Part shown: one piece after another, positions 33,801 to 45,468 of the stretch
Position numbering within the stretch: position 1 is the first letter of the stretch
How the letters are laid out: each line of letters starts with the position of its first letter
From: Macrostomum lignano
Lineage: Eukaryota
Assembly (NCBI GenBank): GCA_002269645.1
Contig: NIVC01002200.1
Location: forward strand, 130,216-194,215
Reading direction: 5' to 3'
Length of the DNA stretch: 64,000 nt
Made by a program: the position numbers and the translations under genes
Notes under the pieces: generated by a model
Seen by the model: only the letters and a program-made list of their open reading frames with translations
Told to the model about the DNA's origin: nothing
The model's database searches: none

Positions 33801-36800
33801 CCAGTTTTGGCTGCAATTGGCGCCACGCTTGCACGGGTTGGGCATACAGTTGTCCCGCATAGCGCACGTACGATTGAAAATTGTGCCCTGCATGTCAGTC
33901 TTTTCCAGCACTTGGAAATCAATAATTTTGCTCTGCACCGCCACCTGTTTAATACAACCACGAAAGCCTTTCCAGTTTTTATTAACCAAGCTGAGCCTGT
34001 CAGGGGACCAGCCAATATAAGTCAGAGTATTGTAGTTAAGGTCCAGTTTCTGCACAGTTGTGTACAACGCGCCGTCAATAATGACTCGAATTGAATTAGT
34101 TGACAACTGAACGTCAATAGTGTGCCACAAGCCGTCGGCAAATTGATCTTTACCGGCTAGCGGGTCACGATTCGAATAAACAACGTTAACATCTTTTACT
34201 ACGGTGTCTTTTAGTTGCACTACCAGCTGTATTTGACCCGTCTCGATAAGATCAACCGCCACAAACTTGTCTGTGACGCCGTTGAGCGTCTGCAGCGGGT
34301 GATAAATCAAAACAGTGTCTTTTTGGAAAGTTCTGAACGACATCGAGGCCTGCAAATTCTTGCCTGGATCGCGGACAGCTTTCACAAAAGCGTCAGGCGA
34401 GGCCAATGTAATGATGCCAGACGATGCGCTAGTCATGGAGCAAGCGCTGCCAACGGCTCCGAGAATGCTGAAACCGGAAATAGCGTTAGAACTGTCCGGC
34501 GTAGTTCTAGCATCCCTGATAAGATTAAGACCGTTGATCCACACATTCTCAATACAGCCTGTAAAGTTGTTTCGAACAAGAATGCCCTGTTTGTTAGTAA
34601 AAACATCGATACCGCCTAGATAGAGCTTGCCATTCAAATTAAGATGCACATATTCTGTCTGCAGCTCGAGCCAAACTTTCACGCGATCAACGCTAACGTT
34701 TAACATTCGCTGTTCGCGTACAATAAGAACATCGTGCCAAAGGCCGTCGTCGAGCATTGAGCCGGCAAAAATTTCATTTAAACCAGACAGGCTCGGCGTC
34801 CGACCAAGATTGATGCTAATACGCAACTTTGCCTGATACAGTTCAATAACCAGGTGATCAGTCTGATGCGATGCGGCGTATAGGATTAGCCCATTAGTCT
34901 CCTGGGTGCGGAAACGAAACTGGATGCGATCGTTGACTGTTTGAATGCCTTCGTTCATGTCTAATTCTATGCGACCCTGACCAGCGTACGAGGCGATGTA
35001 ACTCTCAAGAGAGCAGCCGTATAGTTCCATTCGAAGAGAAATAAGATTGTGCCATCGTTGCGGTAAGACGCGAACGTATCTGGCTATAATGGGATAAAGG
35101 AAGGTGTTTTCAGCTACGCCCTGGTCGTCGATGTTGCCAGTGAATAGATACGGAGAGCCATATTCGTCTCGATAGTACAGCCAGTTCTTTCCATCATTGT
35201 CGTCTGCATACTGCACAAAGTACTCTGTGACCCATTCGCGACCGCCCTTTCTACCCTGAGTGGCCACGCCAGTAACGACTTTGCGCTCGCCGAGATCAAC
35301 CTGCAGCCACTGGTCGGTGTTTTGATCGCCAGCTATCCACGATCCAGCGCCTTCGCGATTGCGAAAGAACAGAAAGCCTGACAAAAAGAAAATTCAGGGG
35401 TAACAGAATTAATATTTTATAGGGAAGGCCATTAAAACTCGAAAAAATGATTTCAATGCATCAATTTTACCATCAGAAAAGTGCAATCGTCCATAATAAG
35501 CCTTTGATTGTTCATTAAGCCTGGAGGACGCGATGATGTTAGAATCTGGTATGCCATTGTATCTGTCAGTCATTCCCAATGGAATGAGTGGAAACAGCTC
35601 GCATCGTTCTATAATGAGTAAACAGTTTTTTTAATCCAGATATTAAATAGAGGTCGGACGAGCAAAAATTTTTGGGTCGGGCGTGAGTAGTCGTGAATAA
35701 TTTCAGCTTTGCCGTGATCGTGATCGTGATCGTGATTGGTTCGTGAAAAATTAAAAGTAAAAAATTTCCGTTCAAATTTTGTTTTTTTTTCTTCAAATTT
35801 GAATTTTTCTATCAGTTAATGTGTTTGATTCTATTTTTAAGTGCTTCTATACCATCAGCTTATACCATCTGCATCTGCCCATCTGGCTTTCTTCTCTGGT
35901 TGAGAAGGAACTCAGAGTCTGGCTGAGAAGTAAGAAGTTCTTACTTCTTAGACATTTGTGTTGCTTTTTGGCTTTCTCAAAGCTCAAACTAAGCTGAAAG
36001 CTGTAACTATTTAGTATTTTTATTTTTAAATTTTTAATTTAAAAGTAGTATTTGCTACTATTACTATTTTAGAATTTAGTATTAAATAAATAGTTAAAAC
36101 AAAAATTTCATTTCATTTTGATCATGAATTTGCATATTTGAGTTTTTCTTTCTTCTTATTATTTTTATGCTATAATAATGTATAAATAGATTAGATACTA
36201 TACAGATAGATAGTAGATACTAGAGCATAATTTTATAATCTGATTGTCTAATAGTTATTTAGTAATTATAATTTATAACTAATAATTTTTAATATATAAG
36301 CATAGTATTTTTTTACTAAAATAAATTGCTGTAAATTAAAAATTAAGGTTGACTAAGTCTAAGTACTAAGTAGCAAATATACTTGATGGATATGCTAAAT
36401 TAAATTGTTATTTGCTATTGTTATTGTCATTTGTTAATAGTAATAATAATAGTCAAACACAAATATTAAATACTTTTTCTTCTTGAATTGAATTGAATAA
36501 TGAATAATATTCAATATTCAATATAGTATTAACTATTATGTACTAGTACTATCATGTGGTACACTGGTATATTGAATATGTATGCCTGATTGCCTGATGC
36601 ATAGTAGTATATTTCTAATCTATATGGTTAGTCTAAAAATATTTTTTTCTAGCCTATTTGACTTTAAAGTCTGTAGTGACTTTACATTTACACTATACTG
36701 CTATACTATGCAATATTTTATTTAAAATATAAATAAATATTTTAATTTAAAATAATATAATACTTGTTTTTTCTTTGCTTTTCTACCTAGCAAATTAAAA

Positions 36801-39800
36801 TAGGCAATTACACAATATTACATTACAATTTACAATTTACAAATCAAACAATTTCAGCCATTCATTTGCAATGGCCTCTGTTGATAAGCCAACCCAGCAA
36901 CCTCGAGGAAGAGGCAGTGCTGTGTGGTTGTACTTTAAAGACGTTGAAGGAAAAGAGAATTCTGCTGCTTGCCTAGCTTGTAAGAAGGAGGTTCTACGAA
37001 ACACAGGATCAACAGGCAGCATGCGAAGACACATAGAATCCTGCCATCCAATTCAATTCAAAGAGCTCCTAAACACTGAGGCAGATCGTGCAAAGCCAAA
37101 ATGTAAAGATGGACCACAACCATTGAAGCAGCAGAAGTTGAGCACAATGTTTGCTCAAGCAAATGCTCAAGAATGGTCGGATTCGCACCCTCGTTCGGTT
37201 GCAATTGATCGAAAAATTCTCCGCTTTATTGTGTTGGATTCACAGCCATTCTCTGTGGTAGAAGGTGAAGGCTTTCGCGATCTGTTGAAAGAAGCATGTC
37301 CGCAATATCGATTGAAGAGCACTCGATTTTATCATGACAAGCTAGAGACTCTCTATGAAGAAATTAAATTGCAGGTCCAGGACGAAATAGACAGACTACG
37401 AGATTTCGGTTTCACGTGTGACTTGTGGAGTGACGGCCAGTTGGCACTCATGTCCTTCACAATCCATTCTATCACGCCAGATTTTGAGCGTAAGCAGCTT
37501 TTACTGTGCGTAAAGCCATTCACTGATGCCCATACTGGGCTTAACATCTCGGCCGTTTTTTCGACAACCCTTGGTGAGTGGGGCATTGGCTTAGAGCAAG
37601 TCAGCCTCCTCCTGCGTGATGGGGCCAGCAACATGAAGCTTGCAGGAGAACTTCTGAAAGTACCATCTGCCCATTGTGCTGCCCACAAGCTGAACCTTGT
37701 TGTTAAGGATTCCATCTCCGGTCATCGAGGACTGAAGACAATACTTGACAAAGCACGGAGCATTGTTGGCCACTTCCACCACTCTGTAACCGCTCAAGCA
37801 AACCTCAAAACACTGCAGCTCCAGCTGAAGCTACCAACACACAGCCTCGTGCAAGATGTAGACACACGCTGGAATTCAACACTAGCCATGTTACGCCGAA
37901 TCAACGAGCAAGAGGAAGCGTTTAGTGTCTATCGCACCAGACACCGACCAATTGAAATCCTGACGGACAATGAGTCAGATGTTTCAAAGAAAGCTGTCAA
38001 ACTTCTTGAGATTTTTGAGGTTTTTACGCTAGAAGTCAGCAGGGAAACTGCCAGCATCTCGTGTATCTTGCCGATGGTGAAAGTGTCGCTGGAGCATCTG
38101 CAGCAGGTAGACTGCTTTGGCATCACGTACCTTCGAGACGACCTGGTGAAAGGGTTGACTCAACGCTTCTCTGACGAAAAAAAGAGTCACCACCACATTG
38201 TTGCTACGATGTTAGACCCACGCTTCCGGCTAGATTTTTTCGATGAAGAGCAGCGCAACTTTGCTAAGGCTGAGCTCGTAAAAGCAATGAATGAAATTTT
38301 GCGTGAAACTTCTCTTCCTACTGTTGATGGCGATACAGCCATAGACGAGGACCTCTCCGATGTATCTATCGAAACTGAGCCGTGAGTATTTCCTCTATTT
38401 CATAATTCAATGTACATGTACATGTAACAAAAAAATTAAATTATAAATTACATTTGCTACATCTGTAAGTTATAAATTTTATAACTAATATATCAAAGTT
38501 CTCTTTGTTTTAACTTTTAACTTTTAATTTCACCTTTTTAGACAAACTGAGTCTCAGCCTCAGCAGCTATCTATGTCAGCCCTGTTCGAGAAGTCTTCTA
38601 CTTCTAGTGCTGCAGCTGCAACTCTGCGTGACCTGTCTAGGGCCGGAACGCTACTGCCAGTTTCAAACAGAGGCAATGCTATGGACAAGTTGGCTCGTGA
38701 AATGGCAGCCTACCTATCAGAGCCTCGACTTCCATTTGAGGAAGACCCAATGAAGTTCTGGAGAGACAAGACTCCATCAACTGCAATGTCAGCACTTGTT
38801 CGGAAATTTCTGGGACCACCACCTACCAGTGTTCCAAGTGAGCGTATCTTCAGCAACGTTGGAAACATCTACGAGCCGAAACGACGTCGCCTGCTTGGCA
38901 AAACCGTTGAAAAGCTTGTTTTTATTAACTATAATGTTCGGAAGTTTGACCCATAGAGAAATGAGCAGGGTCCATTCAATTCATTGCTGTTATTGCTGAT
39001 TAGTGATTAGTTTTACTTTTTTGAAGATTGAGATCAGAGAGACAAGATAATGATAGAGAAAATAAATAATCAAAGACTATAGAACAAGTAGAGTTGGAGC
39101 TACAAGAAAAAGTTTATCGATAAGGAATAGATAACTGTTGCTATAGTGTGTAGCTGTGTACTCTGTAGTCTGTAGACTCTGTAGTATGATTTTTTGCATG
39201 TAGCTAGTATAGTATAGATTAGACTTAAATTAGTCATTGTAATAACACTATATGTGTAGAACGTAAAAGTAAAGTAGTAAACCTACATGTACTCTTTTAT
39301 ACTTCATATTCATACACTGATAAGCTTTTCTGTTTTTCACTTTTCACTGTTTTCAGTTCTGTAGGCAGCTAAGCAAGTTAACAAACACTTGTCTGTACAT
39401 GTCATGTACTATCATGTAGTGAAATTTATATACAGTCATACATATATACAATTTATATTTTCATTCAGTGCTTTTCAGTTTTAATTTTACATTTTACAAA
39501 ATAAACAAAAGATTGAAAAGAATAAGGCAGTAAGCTTTGAACTTCGAAAATCCACTTTAACTTCGAACTTTCTGAACTAAGTAAAGTAAACTGAAAACTC
39601 TATTCTGTAAGTTTTGTGTTAAAACACATTCGTTGTATTTGAAAAGAAAAACAAAAACCAAGTAAGTCTACATTTAGGACTGTACACGATTGTGGTTTGG
39701 GGAACTGAAAAGTATAAACATAGTAACATCTGAAGCTGAAAGAAACCCACAATCACGATCACGCACGTGAAAAATGTTTCACGACTCGTGAATTCACGAC

Positions 39801-41819
39801 ACTGAAAAAGGTCGTGAATTCACGATATCGTGATCACGATCGTGATCACGTCCTACCCCTAATATTAAAATACAATAGGCTCTTGACATAAAAATACAGT
39901 ACTGTGCCCTTTACATAGGGAACAATTTTTATCACTGATTTCTAGCTAAATATATAAATATATATATATATAATATATATTATATATTTATATATATATA
40001 AATATAAATAATCTAGCTAAATATCAAAAGTGGCTTTAACTACTAATATTATACATAAGGTTATTGAGGAAAATTTTTTGCCAATAATTAGGATTTTATT
40101 AGCAATTTAGTGCCCTTCTTCAGGGTGGCTAATAAGAAAGGGATGAAAATTATTTATGCAAATCCTTTGAAAGAAAAGAAAATTTCCTATAAGCATTTAT
40201 CATAGAGTTTTATAAAGCACCTTATTTAATTCAAATCATAGCTGCTGAGATGAAAAAGAGGGTTTTTAAAATTGACTAACTTTTGGATTACATAAATTTG
40301 TTCCACAAGAAGCAATTGATTTTAAATTTGATACAACTTTCTATTGACTTATTTTGTGTTGGAATGTAAAGTCTAAATTCTGTACAAGTAAGTCAATCAG
40401 GATTGAAAATATAAGCATGTAAAGTTTGTTTATTTTTTCTAGTGTTGGGCCACTTTCATTCATTTATTCTCCTAGAAAAGAGTGTTGTAGGCCAAAACAG
40501 AAAGCTTGAAATTTACTATTGGAATAAAACTTTATCTTTTTTTTCAACTACATTAACTTTTCAATGTGATTCTATAAAATGCACTCTAAGTATATATGCA
40601 CAATATTTTCTTAAGTGATGCACACCAATTATGCACATTTACTTGTGGTATGCAAGGCCAATGCATGCCCAAATTTTTGGATGTATACTACATGATCTCC
40701 ATAGTTAGGAAGGTGGCATAGTGTGCGCCGGAATAATTTTTTGGGACAATTTATGCGCCCTCGATGCGTCGTCTATGCACCATTTGTACGCCGTCTGTGC
40801 GCTACTCTTCACAAGTAGAGTTTTCTACAAAAAGCCTTTTTAAAATGTTATGCATATTTTCATTTTAAACAAACTTAAATTATACCTACAAATAAAGTAA
40901 TGCAAAATTGATGTTTTTAGTGATAATTTATACTAATTTCATTTACTGTTAATTTTGAAAAAGCAAAAAGTTTATCACTGACTTTCTAGACTATACAAAT
41001 CTCCTTTATTTTACATAAAATTGTTAATTTGCATGACAATTTTCATGTATGTCGGGGACCTTATGTGTTGCAATTATGCGCTGCATACACTAGAGACCTC
41101 AGTGTGCACCATGATTGTACGCCAAGTACACCAAGGACCCCTTGTGTGTGCCATGCTTGTGCACCAATGTGCGCCGAGACCCTTTGTGTGTGCAGGAATT
41201 TTCCCCCTCAGAGGCCACCTTCCTGACTATGGCATGATCTGGAATGTGGTCTGCAATATGGTCAATGGCTTTTCCAATTAAAAACATATAGGCCTAATAG
41301 TTTATTTATAGTTTATAGGCCTAATAGTTTATTTATAGTTTATAGGCCTAATAGTTTATTTATAGATTATAGGCCTAACAGCTTTGATATTTATTTATAT
41401 AGTTACATTTTTTAATTAATAAAGCACAAACAGTAGAAGCACATTTGTTTTGTGCTGACCATAAGTAACTGTTGTTATATATATTTATATGTTCTATTTA
41501 GTTATAAGTACAACTGTCTTCAATTCCAAGAAGTTTAGTGCTTAGGACAGTAATTTTTGTGATAAGCTGTCACCAAAATGATCTGTCATTAAAATTACCT
41601 GTCACTAAAATGAACTGCTCCCTTTTATTTGAAACTAGACTAGACTAACGAAAATGGCACTGACTTATGACTAATGTCGTAATGAGTTGTCTTACTCTTA
41701 ATGACATGCATGTAATAGGCCTAAACAAACAAATACTTGAATAAAGCACTCCAAAAAACAATACACTTACGTGAAACAACTATGGCAGGCAGGAATAGTA
41801 AGAAACTTAGAAAATACAT
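28650..41819 (-). CDS. Nrx-IV: Neurexin IV / contactin-associated protein (CASPR)-like: signal peptide, F5/8C discoidin, LamG, EGF and fibrinogen-like domains, TM, 4.1-binding and PDZ-type tail
   Basis: Exons 41819-41771 ([17 protein letters not shown]|gtaagt), 35608-35471, 35350 (or 35377)-33567, 33132-32305, 31619-30951, 30612-30320 and 28923-28650 have compatible phases. Motifs: [52 protein letters not shown] and [12 protein letters not shown]...DDPDVAL. Confidence 0.92.
28955..30130. repeat. 20-bp intronic minisatellite (CTGTGATAGTAGAGATCYGA)n
   Basis: About 50 copies in the last Nrx-IV intron, degenerating towards 30130. Confidence 0.96.
30640..30890. repeat. (TCTG)n/(TCTA)n microsatellite in an Nrx-IV intron
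   Basis: Direct reading. Confidence 0.95.
31630..32200. repeat. 25-bp intronic minisatellite (GATTCTTACAGGTTGGATTTGGGAA)n
   Basis: About 22 imperfect copies in Nrx-IV intron 31620-32304. Confidence 0.94.
33160..33435 (-). mobile_element. tRNA-derived SINE-like element in an Nrx-IV intron
   Basis: The minus strand reads gtagcctagtggtttagcgcc (A box) ... ggctcgattcc (B box), followed by a non-tRNA body ending in an A/T-rich tail. Confidence 0.5.
35648..39861 (+). mobile_element. Full-length autonomous hAT transposon (4.2 kb)
   Basis: 13-bp TIRs TAGAGGTCGGACG / TAGGGGTAGGACG (11/13 match). Perfect 8-bp TSD ATATTAAA at 35640-35647 and 39862-39869. CGTGAT/CGTGAA subterminal repeats at both ends. 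Confidence 0.95.
36871..38956 (+). CDS. hAT transposase (BED zinc finger, DDE, hATC dimerisation domain), 641 aa, 2 exons
   Basis: Exons 36871-38381 and 38542-38956 (CC|gtgagt...tttttag|A, phase 2), 1926 nt with no internal stops. Motifs: SAVWLYF...CLAC...[44 protein letters not shown] and [12 protein letters not shown]. Confidence 0.93.
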
Positions 41820-42881
41820 CACTACCAGCTAACCATGCATGTAGTTTTCTCTTTTAGGACAAAGTAAAATTCTATGAGATTATCAGCACCCTCGCCTTCA
41901 ACTGTCCGCTACGACCGTTAAGGAAGTCGAAAGGATAAGAAAATATTTCGAAAAAAATAATGTAGGCAAGAGTATGAATAATTAATTTATATAAATACTT
42001 TTATTAAAAGTTATTTTATAAATTTTTAATGTATTTTTTATATTTAACGTAAAGAATACAAAATAAACTTTTCTTTTTGTTATAACTTAGTACATCAAAC
42101 AAGCCGGGAACTTACTGTACTCGAACGGGAGAATTTACAAATACAACTCAAGAAATTAGGCTACGTTTCTTGGAAATTTTAGAAGACTGGTTTTACCAAA
42201 ACACAGTGCACAGACTGGAGGTTTGATAGCAGGTAGACCTTTTTTCGTACGTTATATACGACCTGCTTTTATTAGAGCCTTTTGTTTAGAAACTTGTATT
42301 CTGTATTAATTTTATATCCTACGACCAATGGCGATGTCGTACAAAGATGCCTAAATTTGGCTAAAAAATTAGAGATCATAAAAATGCCGCAGCTCGACTC
42401 ATTAGTTTAATAAATATTTTTTATCACGCTTAGCTTAATAAATTGGCCTAGCCCTAGGCCTAATATTTTTATAGTTTTTACACTGGCTATACTCTGTCTG
42501 TAGAGTGAGCCTTCATAAAAGCTAAGGCTTTGCCTTTTGCAGTTGTTATTTGTCCGGTGACCAGACAAATAGCCTTTTTGCTATATGTCTGGTTAAATTG
42601 CTAACACAAGTAGGCCTATCTATTTGTTTAGTGAGGAATATTTTATATTTTGCAGTTGTTGTTTGTCTGGGACTAGACAAATAGCCTTTTTGTTATTTGT
42701 CCAGTTAAATTGCTAACACAAGTATCTAGGCCCCCCCTTATTATTTGTTTAGTGATGAATATTCTAGATTTTTAAAGATTTTTTCTTGTTTATTTTTATA
42801 TTCGTATTCAAAGCCTCTAATTCATATTTGATGCCTCTAATTAATATTTTCTTGTAAGGCCTATACTAGTATAAGCAAAGC

Positions 42882-43223
42882 CTGGGTTTTTTTTCATCCA
42901 TAACTTGGGAGTTGGGTGCAATTTCATACCCTGCTGTGCTAGATTTCAGGGTGCAATTTTCAAGACCAAGATGCGCTGCATTGCATTGCATTGCTGCAGA
43001 CAAAAACTGGTCTAACACTAATAGTGTGTTTCAAATTACTGCCTAATTCAAAGAATATAAAGTTATAGACTTAAGAAATCCATAATACTAAATTGTGAAA
43101 TCCGCATCATATCCTTGCAAAAAATTCTGGTGCGCTTTTCGCACCCTGAGTCAAATTTCAGGGTGCAATTTTTAAGACCAAGATGCTATTTGCACCCAGG
43201 TCCCATTTGCATAAAAAACTTTG
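42882..43223. mobile_element. Probable degenerate hAT-type MITE (~340 bp)
   Basis: Flanked by the 8-bp direct repeat AGCAAAGC (42874-42881 and 43224-43231). Contains internal gggtgcaa repeats and an inverted ttgcaccc. A related segment at ~43580-43710 lacks the insert. Confidence 0.5.
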
Positions 43224-45468
43224 AGCAAAGCTGTTTTAATTTGGCATAGGCCCTAATTTGCTGTTATAAGACACATACTAGTATAATAACATAATAGGCC
43301 CTAATCAAGATACAAGTAAGAAGTCTTTGAAGTCTAGGAATATTTACCCTTTTAGTTTCTATGAAATAGATATTTTAGCATTATCAATTTAACCGGATGA
43401 ATAGGAAAACATGGTCATTATCCAGTAACTGGACAAATAACCGCATTGCTATTTGTCTAGTCACTAGATAAATAACAATTGTCTTTATATTTTTAAGACC
43501 TTTTCTTGTATCCTAATTAATATTTTATATTATTTTTTTATTATTATATTATTATATTTTATTAGATTAATATTTTATATATACTAGTACAAGCAAAAGC
43601 AGATGTGTAATGTGCATACAATTTGGTATAATTTTGGCATAATAATCAAGATACGAATAAGAAGTCTTTGAAGTCCAGGAGTATTCACCCTTATAGTTTC
43701 TATAAAATAGAATATCAGTTTAACTGGACAAATAACAAAATGCCTATGGCTATTTGTCTAGTATTAACCAGATGAATAAGGAAACATGGCTTTTAACACA
43801 TTTTAAACCTTTTTAGTCACTTTGTCTCTTTAGTAAAAGGGTGGCAGTCTATTTCTAAAAGGGTTAGAGAGATAGTTAGGCTTATCAATTTCTAATTGAT
43901 ATTGTATATTAGAAAGGATAACAAGTTAATTTGCCAAAAGCAAGTTGTTTTGCCAAACAAATATACAATGAGCAAATGTCAATAAGCAAATAAACAATAA
44001 TCATTGTTTATTTCTCTTGTAGAACATATTTGTCCTTGTGTATGTTAAATTTTTAAATTTTTAAATATTAATATTAATCTATATGATATGATTCTATTCA
44101 TGTATTGCACCATATTGCTATGTAGTTTGATTGCCATTCTAGTATTTAGCATAGTATTCCAATAATAGAAGAATTTATATTACTAGCTAAGTCTATATAT
44201 GTTGTTATAGTTTTAGCAAATAGCACCCTAGTTGAGCATGCATATTTTGATATAGATGAATAGACCTTTGTTGTATTGCTTATGTAGCTATCAAATTAAC
44301 TCATTAGAATTTAGATGCAAGCATTAGTAGTTATATAGGTTCAGTTGATCTTGTGCCAACCTTTAGAGTCATTGTTCTTCATCTTGATAGCTAGCAAAAG
44401 GGGGATAAGATAGGTCCCACTTTGGCTACTATAGCAACTCAATTGCTACATGGCCTATATGTAGCAATTGTTATGCAAAAATTATTCTCCCTTATAAAAT
44501 TGAAAAACTGCACTAGTAAGAAGTGTTTTATAATTGATAATGAATTGAAAATTCTTAGCAATGACAATTGAAAATTGAACTTACGACCTTTAGCACATCA
44601 ATGACTAATCATCATACCTTGATGCTAGTTGCATAATGCAAATAATCTATTAGTAAATATTAGGTTTTTGGCAAAAAGGGTTTTGGCAAATCATCTAATA
44701 TTCTTAGGAAGGTTGATTGTTATATATTAGAAGGTATAAATAACATCAATGCAAATAACATATTCTATCTTGGGGGTACAATTTATTTTAATAATTCTTT
44801 GCTAGAAAAAGGTTTGGATGGCAATGATAAGGCTAAATGTATATAACAATATATAGTATTTTGGAATTACTTTCTGTGGCCTCTGTATCCTAGTAGAGAT
44901 GATATTTGAATGTTACAAAGTTTCCTTTATTTATTTTCCTGTAATGCCAATATTTATGGTTAAATGCAAAGAAATGAAAGTATAATGAAATAAGGTTTAA
45001 CACTAATCATTGATGCCTCTATTTACTTTGAATATGTTATACTAGACAAGTAGAAAGTAAGCATCATCATAGATCTTAATTTAACAGAGAGTCTTGATTA
45101 ACTGCTATTAGATAAAGATTATATTGACTAAATTGATAGATTACAGTTTACCAAAGCAGGTTTTGATAGATTTTTGTTTCAATGGTTTTTAGTTTCACTT
45201 AAAAGGGTTTAGATAGATTTCAATTTTATGGAAAGAAAATAGATAGACTAGTTTCATCTAGAGAATTTTAATAAACTTCAGTTCCTGTGTTTGGCTTTTT
45301 CATCTCAACTTCTGTGTCTGTTAAAAAAAATGAAAAGTAAATGAGCCTGGAATAATCCTTTTAAACTACTATAAGTAGAAATGCAAGCAAATAACAATCA
45401 AAACATTTATTTTTTATTAAATGACAATTCTGATGCGCAGGGCCAGAGCAGAGTAAGAAGGATCGGCG

